A stretch of DNA of 58,621 nucleotides, filler included, from Basidiobolus ranarum (taxonomy: Eukaryota): the NCBI GenBank assembly GCA_040143965.1. It is 5 parts of 5 records of this genome, joined end to end, with 100 filler letters (N's around TTAATTAATTAA, not from the genome) between each part and the next. Parts side by side here need not be neighbours in the genome. Positions count along the whole stretch, not along the records: positions 1 to 11,659 come from JASJQH010007473.1; positions 11,760 to 23,414 come from JASJQH010007474.1; 3 more parts are not named here. The stretch is one strand, 5' to 3'. Shown here piece by piece: positions 1 through 14,268 of the stretch. The notes under the pieces are model-generated. The model ran no database searches, was not told the DNA's origin, and worked only from the letters and a program-made list of their open reading frames with translations. Position 1 is the first letter of the stretch. Each line of letters starts with the position of its first letter. The position numbers were made by a program, and so were the translations under genes.

Positions 1-2866
1 GAATGAGGTCTTATTAATTTCGAGGTTAATCCCACCGTGACACTCAATTTGCAAAAATGCTGCATAGCTTCTCAAATAGATTTCACTTGATTCCATCAAT
101 TGCGACTATTGGTTACAATCTCTGCTCATCTCCGAAACACTTGCGGGAAAGCTGGGAAATTCACTACACAAATATATCAACTACTTAAGACACTCTCATA
201 AGCGGGTCTATTTTGGTCTCTAAACTAAATAGTACGTATGTTGATAATGGTTTCCTGATGAAATGACATCTTTCGTTCAATAGGAATCTGTTGCTTTCAT
301 TGCTCGGTAAGTTGTTGGAATGTCTAGAAATCACTTTTCAAAAGGAGTGTTTCATTTCCAATTATAATAAGAAAGATATGCTACCCGGTCACATGTAAGC
401 AACAGCCACCATTGAATCTATTTTTGGCAACCAGCCACTTAATATCAAGCAAAGGTGTGTCTAGTATACAATATTGGCTGGGTGACCATAACGTTTTTAC
501 TTTGTTGATAATTTGGTGATCTTGACACCGCCAGAGCTGCCATTGTTGTAAGTATCCACATACGAAGCTTACAATCTCATTGATACTTGAGAGTTCAATG
601 TATCAGCACATGAATAGCAAATGCTAGGTTATAAATGTTCAAACAGTATCCTTGACTGAATGCTCTAGTTCATCTAGCAGCTGGTGAAATGGCCAAACGG
701 GATCTCCAATACTACCTAGACCCTAGATGGTCGTGCAGGATTGGTTGGGAATTTGAATTGGATTACATTTCACGTCATTCCAATTTCTGAGCAATAACCG
801 AAACCTAATTGAATTAGCCCTGGTCTCCGCATGTTGAGAATACTAATTAGATGGGGATTTTTGCGGCTGGGCAGCGTTCCAGATATGTCTGATGTTTCTC
901 TTAAATTTGTCTTTTTACCAGATAAACCTGATTGTATATAGATTGAGTGACCCTACAGTAGCTCCTTAATTATGAATCCTTTTTGTTGATGTCGGCATCA
1001 ATAAGGACTTTGTCAACTCTCTCTTGGAATTTTCAATTTCAAAGACTAATGTCTCTGGATATCTTTGGCAGGACCCTGCACTTCCATTACTTGGAAAAGT
1101 GAGTGAATGAATCTGACAGAAGAATAGGAATAGGGCATCATATCCGACTATGGATCGGATATCCTAGCCGTTTCACCAGCATATCATTTGGATTTAATTG
1201 GCATTTCATTGTACGTATGCCATATCTAATTCGGTAATCTGATCTCTCCATCTATTACAGCTAAATCCAAAGTAAAGCCAATCAACATCATTTGCCTTGT
1301 AATTGTTACGGACGCAAGGATTGCAGAGAGCACAGGATTGAAACTGCCTTGTTACCTTTACCAAAACCCTCATAGCAGTGTATGTAGTAGAGATGTAGTA
1401 GAAATGGGTTAACCGCAGTCTCTACCCGTTGTTACTTCTGCACCTAAACGCATGTGATTATGGGGGATTATAGAATACTTATGACTTCCATTTGACACAG
1501 TTTCACTTAATCCGTAATTGACGCAGCTGCTGTTTGCTGCCGACTATTTTCCCGGCCAATATCAGTATGTCGGTAGATGGATTCTACCTAATTGTTGTTA
1601 TCAAAAGGGCTAGAAGCTTACTGTGTACGAATAAATTCTGGATTGGTACTACCAGATGCATTTTGATATGGTGCTGATGAGTTAGAGTTAGGGGTCTTGA
1701 GATTAACCATGAAGGAAAGGTTGAATTTCGTTTGAAGTGCTTGTTAGGTAATTATTTATGAGGTCACTGAAAATCTACATTGATATGTCTACTTTGGATA
1801 TTCAACATTACTCACTTCGTTTCGGTCACTCTAAAAGCAAACTGTATTCACCAGCTTGTGGGGCAGTGAAGTTCAAATTGCATGTTCCAACATACTTGGC
1901 AATGGAAACATACTAGCACTTTATTTCCATTTGTGCTTGACAGAATGGAGATCAAGTTAAGTATTCTCATATGGAATCCTGGATCATATACTTGATCCGT
2001 TTATTTTAATCATGAAGATACTTCTGAGATGGAATTCTGCTGCCAGTGGCTCATCTTATTCCAGTTGTACATGCATAAAATCAATTCTGAATCTGAATAT
2101 TCAGTGAACTCTGTAAAGAAACTAGTTATTGTAACCACTTTATCCCAGTCTATATTCTATGAAGAAATAGAAGAAGGGTTTGGTTTTCATTTCAACAGTC
2201 ACAAGGCCATCATACATCGAGATTCAATAACCGTCTAGTCAAATAACATCCAAAGAAGGTAGGAATCTTCAATAATATTACCGACTATCACGTTCCAACA
2301 CTGGGAAGACCATATTGGTTTATGTATGTATTTTAACTGTTCTATAGATTTACTTCGCATAAACACATATATTCGACATATTCAAACACATTACCCAATC
2401 TCTGAATATCTACATAGGAATGTATCTCCTCAATAGTAGCCATATCTAAAGATATTACAATAACGTAGCAATGCCAAGAGTGGGTAATTTCGATGAGCAA
2501 AGGATTAACAGGTTGATTCATTCACTTAGATTCAAAATAAATCCACTGACTCTGTTTACTCCATACTAATCAGCTGAACAATTGAAGGTAATATTGTAGG
2601 GTTAAAATGTCAACCTACAGGAGCCGCAGTCAATGGTTAGATCATTCAATTAAATTGGATCTATTTTACTTTTCGATATTTTCAGTTTTCCAGGATCCAG
2701 TGAGGGGATTTTAAATGAATCCAATTGAGATGCGATACTGGGTTAGAATTTCACAATCAACGTTCAAATTGGAAATAGTTTGTTTTGATATTTACCGAAA
2801 TTTTCATATTCTTACTTACTGATATTCTTGATTGTTATCTCTGCTCTTGCTAAAACACAATAACAA

Positions 2867-4808
<1,942 letters not shown>

Positions 4809-5440
4809 TCCCTCCATTCTTATTCACCTAAATTCTCGACTTTTATTCTGTGTGATTAGCATAAAATACATTCTATTGAAAATGACTGAATCCTTCTCTC
4901 CTTCTCCCCCTCTCTCTTTAGCATCTTTAAGTCGAAGAGGTTGAAAAATTACAATATATAAATTGATTAACAAATAATCCCAGTTCAAAATTGATCATTT
5001 ATCACTGTCTGATCCTCTGACAAATATCAATTAATAAATCATAGGTCAACTATCTACACTATAAGCAGACTATTATCTAGTCAATAACCAGACCAACATC
5101 ATCGATATATAAGCCTTCCATCAATCTCTCCTTAATCTGCATGATACATGTGGTAGTAAAGGAATACAACATCGTTGTTACAAATGATCCATCATAAATC
5201 ATTTTATTTAGGGGAGTTCTCACATTGCAAATGATGTTGGTATATAGAAAACAATGAAATTCCATGCCAAATATGCAGTTCCTTTGGTCATTGATAGTTG
5301 AGAGGGCCTGGCCTATATAGTTACTGTGCGGTTTGTGTGGTGTAATAAATTACGCAATTATCTAAGGCATCTTTGAGTAAAACTAACGTAACGATAATAT
5401 AAATATACATGGTTCAAAAACAAATCCGATAGTGTGGGAT

Positions 5441-8400
5441 TTAGGAGGAATTCGAGCCTTTCATCACAGTATTCGCACTATTTATCTTACGACGAAGTGC
5501 TGATAGCCTGTTAGAAATAGAGACAATAACTAATCAACGAGGTTAGCTCATATTTCATTCATAATCCTTTCATATATCACTGGACTCCTTACATTTGTTG
5601 ATTGTTCGGCGATCTTCCTCATCCATAGTATTTTCTTCATCCACATCTAAAAGTGCTGATAACATCCAGATGGCAGTTTGATATGATCGTTCACAATCGG
5701 CTATATCTTCTCCTACCAACTCATTCACTGCAGCTGCACGACTCTACGCATTGTGGGTTTTGGTTAGGATTCTCTGTGGACATTTACTAGTGCTGTATAT
5801 CAAACTTACCGTTTCCAAGGCGTAGTCATACATGAGTTTCTCTACACAGATACCACTCTCTTCGTCTACGGAGACTTTGAGCTTTACAAAATCTGCCTTT
5901 TCCAAACTTTCGTTAAATTTATCCCGCATCCACTGAACAGCTAAAGTGATGAATGCAAGTTTAATATCATCCATTCAACATAACTATGTGTCTATCGTAC
6001 CATCATTCAATCTAGGTGATGTTAATTTGGTTCCTGAACGGTTACGTGATATATTATCCCAGTATTTCTTAGCAGCATCAAGACCTGATTGAAGAAGAGA
6101 GAGAGTCTTTAGATAGAGAGCAAACGCCTCTGCCCCTACTTTATCCGATACTTCCTCATTAAGTATAGACTCAATATCCTTGGTGGATTCGGGATGAGGT
6201 GGAGTTAATGCTAGAAATTTCAAATTGGCTAAATGGAAGACCGCATGTGCTTTGTAAGCCGAATTTTCGATTTCCTTAATGATTGAGTCCTAAATGTTTG
6301 CAAAGTTCAGTCATTGTCACCAACTGGCTACTACTATTTGAAGACACACTTACCTCTTCAGTATTGGGATCGTAATTGGAAATCCCTCCCTTGGAGAACG
6401 AGAGCTCACGGTAAGGGGGTGATTGACCGGTACGACCGAGGAGTCGAGCTGATGCTGTAGAGATAGCCTTGGCTAATGCTGATGGAGTTGCTCCACTAGC
6501 CCATCCAGAAGAGCTTGAAGAACTGCGATCTCGTACTCCAAGCGAAGAGTTCGAGCCAGCTGTATTGTATTCCATTTTATTAAATGCAATTGGGGGTGAA
6601 TTGGACACTCCGTAGTAATAAGGAACAACACTATCAGATTTTCGGTACGGCAGAGGAATTGGTGTGACAGCTGAAGACTGAGATGGTGGATTTCGCACCA
6701 TTCTATTTGTAATTCTAGGAGATGCGGCGAGTTCTAGGGATCATATTTCAGTATTATACATGAATCTATCGATGCTAAATTACTTACCATCCGCCAGAGC
6801 GTTCACTTCAACCGCTCTTTTTTCTATCACCACATACTCTCGTTCGAACAAAATTTCGTCTTCTGTTTTGTTTGAAGATACGGATTGGTCTTTGTCGCCT
6901 TTACTATCACGAGCAGAAAACCGATATGGGACTACCTTTTGGGGTTGCACTCTGGAGGAGTTGAGCTTAATATCTGGCGCAGTTGGGTGTAGTAGTAGGG
7001 AACCAGGCGGAGACCCAGAGTAATCTTCGTTTAGTGATGAGTTTCGTTGGTCTATTATTTTACTGCGATCCAGTTTCATGTCACCTCTAGTGTCATATAC
7101 TCTTGGTTTTGATCCTATTAATCCAGCAGAAAAGGTTCTTGGAATTCTAACGCAGAGTTAGATGAGTGGAGCGGTGTGATGGCATTCAAGACTTACCTTT
7201 CCGTTGATATTTCATATGAGGGTCTGCGAAGGCCATGGTCTAGTGTAGCATACCGACCGTGAGGTAGGTCGAAGCTGGCAGAACGACGATTACTGCTGAG
7301 ATACTTCGGGATTCCAGCTGTATGATGGGTACCAAAAGCAATGTGAGCAAATGGATGATGACAATATCAGACAGAATTGACAAACCATTTCCCACTCCAA
7401 GGCTCAAATCAAGGTTACGGGGTGCTCCAGTAATATATGGATGAACGAAGAAATCCTCGAAGGATAGCCTTTCAGTGGGGTTTCTTTTTAGTAGACGTCG
7501 AATAAGATCTTTGAGCTCTTCACTAATCAGTGGCGTCTTTCGATAGCTTGAATTTAGGTATGGCGATGGTGACTTTAACTTGTCTGTATCATCTCCAGGG
7601 AACTTGATATTATCATTGCATTTCTCAATTCTTTTCAATAATTCAACATGATTCTGTGCCCTAAAAGGTGGTTTTCCAATAGCCAACTCGTAGAGCACAG
7701 CTCCAACACTCCACAAATCAGCCTTGGCGTCATACTTTTCATATCGCAAAATCTCCGGTGCCATGTACAATGGTGATCCACAGAGGGTATCTGCCAGGGT
7801 ATGTGCTGGGAGTGATCTAGCAAATCCAAAATCGGCAATCTTCAAGATGGGTAGATGGTCCAAATCGATGAATGCTTTCTTTTGCTCCGCATGTGGCACC
7901 AAAAGAAGGTTCTAATGAGCACTGCTATTAATGGGATTCAAGATTGGTGATGTTGGGTTCATTAAATTCAAGCTGCAACTAACCTGTGGTTTAATGTCCC
8001 GATGTATTAGATTTCTAGATCTAAGAAATTGCAATGCAGAGGCTGAAATGACGACTTAACAAGCTTTTTTACATGGAGTGGTTGTTCATTAATGCAAAGA
8101 TACTAACCTAGTTGCCTCAAAAAATGTTTAACGATATTCTCATTAAGTCCACCTGCTGGCCCCTCAGCTTCTTGTATATCTTTGCGTTTCTTGATCAAAT
8201 TTGATAAATCCCCCATGGAGCAATACTCCATCACCAAATGGATATGGCTGTCGGATTTCTATACAAGGATTGAATGCTAAGTCAATAAATGTTATGCACA
8301 ACCTTTGCTTTCAAACATACCACACAATCAACCAAGCCTACTATGTTAGGGTGGTGGATCCCTTTAAGAATGGATATCTCCGATTCCAAACTTTCCAACA

Positions 8401-8655
8401 GCTTCCGCGTTAATTTGGAGCGTAGAACTGACTTGATAGCCACGAGAGCACCCGTTTCCTTTAATAATATATGTTCAGTGTGAGTGACCGATGTAACCAA
8501 ACTATTGTGAATGTCCACACTGATATTAACTAACGGAAGTGATATGGTATTGCGAGCGAAGTATGAACATATACCTTGTGCTTCCCTTTATATACAGTGG
8601 CAAAAGAGCCTCTGCCAATTTCTTGGGCAATTTCATATGGACCGACTGCTTCCAT
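5441..8655 (-). CDS. ATG1: Serine/threonine kinase Atg1/ULK1 (autophagy initiation); multi-exon
   Basis: Exons encode [19 protein letters not shown]...[38 protein letters not shown]...[29 protein letters not shown], the Atg1-specific [19 protein letters not shown] motif and a C-terminal MIT-like region ([36 protein letters not shown]). ATG at 8655, TAA at 5441. Confidence 0.95.
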
Positions 8656-8708
8656 TAGAGATGAACAAGGTGATTGTGGAATTAGTAGTTCAAGAGAAAA
8701 CAAATAAT

Positions 8709-8804
8709 TGGTTTGCACTGATTAAAAGGATTTCTGGTTTGTAATGATAAAGGATCTCTGGTTTGCACTGATAAAAGATTTCTGATTCGCAATGTTGAAG
8801 GATG
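8709..8804. repeat. Imperfect tandem repeat, about 24-26 bp x 4, upstream of ATG1
   Basis: Units are TGGTTTGCACTGATTAAAAGGATTTC / TGGTTTGTAATGATAAAGGATCTC / TGGTTTGCACTGATAAAAGATTTC / TGATTCGCAATGTTGAAGGATG. Confidence 0.85.
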
Positions 8805-11659
8805 GGAAGTCACAATAAGAGTGTCAGGTAAAAAGTAGGGAAAAAAAGGCTTGATACTTGCAATAAACCAAATCTAAACACAGTTGAGAGAAAGGAGAAA
8901 AATGCTCAGGGGAAACTGAGGTATCCAAGGGTTGAAAAAAAAAGCTTAAAGAAAGACAAAAGGACAGTATGAATACACGGAAAAAGATAGTGGTTCAAGG
9001 AAACAAAAATTGGTTTATTATGAGAACAAGCAAATCTTTAAAAAGCGATCTGTACAGTGGCGTGGCGCTGACTGCTACAGCATATTCATATTATTAGCGG
9101 CCTAAAGTTAGTAGGTTTCAAAGGATTTCATATAAGGGAATAGGCAGTCCTGTGATCCGATGGGCATAAATCAGTTCTCCATGTGACTTGGGTATTGGAT
9201 ACACTGGGAACGTGATCTCAAGGAGGAATTTAGCAATGATCAAGAAACGAGTCCATGGTCTACTTGGCCAATCTCCTTGGTAAATCATTTGATCAAAAGG
9301 TCGGTTCCACAGAATTAGGAATAACGACTTGCAATGGAGAAAGCAAAGACGTGATTTTTTGTTTCGATGGTTCACCTGCTGATGCATCTGATACAGGAAT
9401 ATTCTATCCCAGCTAACCCTGAGGTCTGCGGCAATACGATCCAGTTCCAGATATAGCCAATCAACGGGAACTGCTCTGATCTTATACAAATTACGATGTG
9501 AGGTTCCACAAAGAAAACCTCAGTTGAAATCAGGGGTTGATGGCATGTTTCTAGGTGACAGCTCCTGATTACAAGAATCATGGACAAGATTTTTTCCAGT
9601 TCGTTCCCAGCCATTAGTCGCTATTGATGTAGTATTGCTGACTCCAGGTCCTAATTAGTCAGCGGATGACGACCAGTGCAGCATTGGATAGCCCAAAAGG
9701 CAGTCATCTCACTAATACAAAACCTAGTATGCCTTTACTACTCCTCTGCAGGCCATCGCTACGGACGGCTCTTATTCAATATGCGTTTCCATACATATTA
9801 AGATGCTATGGAAAACATCATCAGTGTGTTGCGAAATTCCACTCCTTTGCTAGTGGGCACTCGGAAATTGATCCAGTACAACCAATCGTAGCGGAGACAA
9901 TAGGCGCCATTTGGTGACTAACTCCGATATGCCACGACGCAAGTAAATGATGAAGATCACTAAGTCTCAAATATCCGGATAACCATCAAGGTAATGGAGC
10001 CGTAGCAAGAGACTGTACTCTCCAATGGTGTTTGTGTGCCCTTTCCTCAATAATCAAATATTACACACGGCTTATGAATATTGGTTTCGTTGCCTATAGA
10101 TTTAGCGGAAATATGACTGGAGGCATTCAGCACAAATCGAATTGTAGTATAAGATTGGATGCTTGAATCAAGCAGCCTCTTGCATTTAATAAATATATGT
10201 CTTAGTCCACTGTAGCCTCAACATCAACTCTTCAGTCGGCTGCTATTGACACAAGTACCTTTGGATTCGATTTTGTTACCGAGGTTTACGTTGCTCCATT
10301 GTTATGAACCCATCGTCAAGCTATACATAGAGCTCACCTACTGCACTATCCTGACTAACCTACCACCTAGCGGACACCAATCTGAGTCTGTTTACTGCCG
10401 GAGCAGTTGGATTCTTATGGTAGAGGAAATAGTGTCATTGGGATACAACTTCAAATGCTCAGTATGCTATTTGTGAGCTAGCAGCTTCAGATTTAGCCGA
10501 TCGGTCATCACGGCCATCTTGATTACAAGTATTAAAACCAATATAGAATGCACGAGTAACCCTAATCATATTTGAAAGGAGATGATTCGTTCTCGAATTC
10601 TCGTAAAACCATAACTCAATAAACCATAATCCAACTCGGATTCTCTTGAAGATCAGAAACGCTCAATATTATATGCAAAGATGAGACGAGAATGAATGGC
10701 AACGCTTTACTGTTCGCTCTTTCTTGATGGTCAGTGGAGCAGTCCAAATAACACATACCGTAAAGATGAACCAAAGCAAAACATTCGCGATAATACCCCG
10801 TTAAGGACATTGATCATTCGTGGGCCTGCTGCCAAGTCCTATGCATACAAGCATATCACTGGGCCATTTCATATCTAGCCGTAGACTCGCAACCGAACCA
10901 GATACAGTAACTCCAAGGTCAAATAGTGGATCCATTGGGGTTTGAGTTCTCGCATAAATCATAATGGGACTCTTATCGAGGCGAGTAGATGGTTGGTGTG
11001 CATTAATGGACGGAGTGAACGTCATCGGTGGCGAAGTATATTTCTAGGAATATTGACATCATTGTATCTGATGAACGTAGGAGGGTGGAGCTATTACGGT
11101 GGCTCAACTTTTAGAGGTCACCCTACTTCTGATAATACAGCCCTTCCCATCAGACATGACCTCAGAGTCTTCCTTGGAGTCACTACTTTCTTCCACATGT
11201 GTTTGCTGTTCAATGGCCACCCTCAGTCTTCATGATGGTTTAGGCATTCAGGCCGGTGAGCAGTAATTTCGGAGGTGAAGGCTGATTATCTAAAACAGGA
11301 ACTAGTACCATCGATATTGGAAAGATAAGCTATCAGCACCAATATGGTACCAACGCTTGAAACGTGCAACGCCGAGAGGAGATTACCATCATGCGACTGC
11401 GGCGTACTTATAGACAACTTATTCATTCTGTATATTATTTAAGGTTATTAAACAAAGCACTAGTGGCTGTCTCTTAGACTGGTCGGGCCAGTTCCAGCAC
11501 TCAAACTTGGGAAAGCAATCTTTGAAAGAGGGCCAGAACTTCTGTGTGAACGGACACGTGGTGAAATGATAGATCCAGGCGTTGCTACTATTTTCAAACT
11601 CTAGTTCTGCAAGGGAGGTATTGTGTACGTCAAGCTCATATTTCCTTTCTTTAGCTGGC

Positions 11660-11759
11660 NNNNNNNNNNNNNNNNNNNNNNNNNNNNNNNNNNNNNNNNN
11701 NNNTTAATTAATTAANNNNNNNNNNNNNNNNNNNNNNNNNNNNNNNNNNNNNNNNNNNN
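11660..11759. other. Artificial contig-joining linker (N44-TTAATTAATTAA-N44)
   Basis: Exactly 100 bp with a palindromic core that has stops in all six frames; identical to the other three gaps. Confidence 0.99.
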
Positions 11760-14268
11760 CTCATTGACTGGTGAACCACTCCCTATCCGTAAATTCCCTA
11801 TTAAGGATGATGATCAAGAATACGATCCACTAGGAGCTGGTAAAATCAGCACTCTATATGCTGGAACCACCATTTCTCAAGCTAGTATTACTGGAGATAT
11901 GAAGGGCGACAAAGTTACGGCACTGGTCACACGTACGGGTACATCTACTGATAAGGGCCAGTTGGTCCGTCGCATCCTGTTCCCCAACCCTATCTCATTC
12001 ATCTTCGATCAACAACTCAAAATCGTTATGCTAGTTCTTCTTATCTGGGGTCTTGTCTGTTTCATTTGCTCTATTTGGTTGGGCGGTACCGGAGGTATTG
12101 CTTCTTGGTTCTATGGTATGTTCGCTATCTCCCAAATTATCAGTCCGTTGTTACCTGCAGCTCTTGTGGTTGGACAGACAGTGGCAGCAAAACGTCTCCG
12201 TGACAAAAAGATTTTCTGTGTTGATCTACCCAGAATTATTATTGCCGGAAAAGTTCAAATGTTCTGCTTTGACAAAACCGGTACTCTGACTAAGGAAGGA
12301 TTGGAATTCTACGGTGTTCAGCCAGTGGATGGTTATGAAGAGAGAATTGGACAAAACCTTGAACAATCCAAACTTCAATTTGGTCCTCATACTGAAGCCT
12401 TTACTGATATCTCTAGCTTACTTAAGGTTGGTCTCGCTACCTGTCATTCGGTTACCCAAGTTGATGAGCAATTGATTGGTAACCCCGTTGACATTGAAAT
12501 GTTCCGTTCTACCAAATGGCAGCTCCAAGATCAACCTGAACATGGATTCGTCGATTCGATCAGATCTACTGACGATCCCAATGGTCAATTGATTCACGTA
12601 GTAAAACGTTTCGAATTCATTCACGCTAGAGCCTCCATGTCTGTCGCAGTTTTGGATCCAGTCACTGAACATGTTCACATCTTTGTCAAGGGTTCTTTTG
12701 AGAAAGTAAAGGAGTTATCTAACCCCGCATCTGTTCCAGCTGACTACGATGATATGGCCAATAAACTGGCAATGGAGGGCTGCTACGTGTTAGCAATGGC
12801 ACATTGTGATCTAGGTAAAATTGATCCTGCCACTGTTCGTTCCTTGAGTCGTGAGCAATTAGAGTCCAATATTGACTTCATGGGCCTCGTGCTATTCAAG
12901 AACATGCTTAAACCTGACACCAAAGAAGCCATCATTGAACTGAAAGAAGGTGATACCCGCACACTCATGATTACAGGTGACACCGCATTGACTGGTATCT
13001 ATATTGCTCGCGCTTGTGAGATGATCCCACCTAACAATCGAGTTCTTCTTGGTGATGTTAATCGCGATGGGAATGTAGCCTGGGTAGATGTGGATACTGG
13101 AGCGGTTGCCGATGTAGAACAGGCTCTTAGCAATAAGCACACTTATCCAGTGGAATTGGCTGTAACTGCTAGAGCTTTCAATATTCTTTGTGATACCGAT
13201 CAGATCAGGAGATTGCTTCTTGATATTCGCGTGTTCGCTCGTATGAAGCCTCATGATAAAGTCGAGTGCGTTCAACTACATATGGAGCGAGGAGTCACTG
13301 CGATGTGTGGTGATGGTGGAAACGATTGTGGTGCTCTCCGTGCCTCCCATGTTGGTATTGCCCTTAGTGATGCCGAAGCCTCTATTGTCTCACCTTTCAG
13401 TTCCAGCTTCCGCTCAATCATGTCTTGTGTTGAGTTACTAAAACAAGGTCGCGCTGCTCTGGCTACCTCTTTTGCTGGATATAAGTACCTCATCATGTAT
13501 GGACAAACAATGTCATTCATGAAAATCTTCACCTTTTATTTCTCTATGACACCTTCCCAGAATGTTTGGATTCTTATCGATGCATTTATCACCGTTGGTT
13601 TATCCTGGGCCATCTCCCAATCTAAGCCAGCAAAGAGACTTGCTAATAGTCGCCCTACCGCTCGTATCCTCGGCCCTGAAACTTTGTCATCCGTACTTGG
13701 TCTAATTGTGATTAATCATCTATTTGTCATTGGTGCTTATTCTTTCCTTCGCAAACAACCGTTCTACCTATGCAATGAATTTGATTCTTCTACTGTTGAC
13801 TATGCGAAGTGGTGGCTACTAGGAGACAATTATGAGGCTGAAGTCAGCGCACTGGTGGCTCTCTTCCAGTTTGTCAATTCCGCTTTTATCTTTAATCTTG
13901 GATATAAATTCCGTGCTAGATGGTATCGCAACTATGCCTTGATATTCCTCTGGGCTGCCTTTGTTGTGATTGTTTCATACGTCGAATTGGCTGATCCTAA
14001 TCGATTTGGATGTATTTTCCGCTTTAACTGTGGTGATCCTGATCGCATTGCTGAACTCGGATATAAGCGCCCAGATTGGTACATTGAACCCTATAACTTG
14101 CCTCAAGGTCACAATGTGATGCCAACAGAATTCCGCTGGAAGCTATGGGCATTGAGTATTGCTAATATGGCACTTGGTATTATCTGGCAAACATTCTTTG
14201 TTCTTGGACCTGTCCGTGAACACACTAGAGATAAGCACCCATTGAAACGTCTCAAAGTGAAATTATAA
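11760..14268 (+). CDS. P5-type (P5B/ATP13A-like) P-type ATPase, 5'-truncated at the contig edge
   Basis: Actuator (S)LTGE, TM4 SPLLPAAL, phosphorylation site CFDKTGTLT, KGSFE, MITGD, VFARMKPHDK, MCGDGGNDCGAL and EASIVSPF are all P5 signatures. The visible 834 codons have no intron. Confidence 0.93.

Noticed and set aside
600..2400. Possible eroded multi-exon gene on the minus strand, divergent from RBBP4
   Set aside because: Only short fragments such as IDWDKVV, with no consistent frame or recognisable family.
8709..8804. CRISPR-like array
   Set aside because: The units are contiguous with no unique spacers, there are no cas genes, and the context is eukaryotic.
11704..11715. Regularly spaced palindrome TTAATTAATTAA as a biological repeat or array
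   Set aside because: It is always centred in 88 Ns and is a standard six-frame-stop assembly linker.
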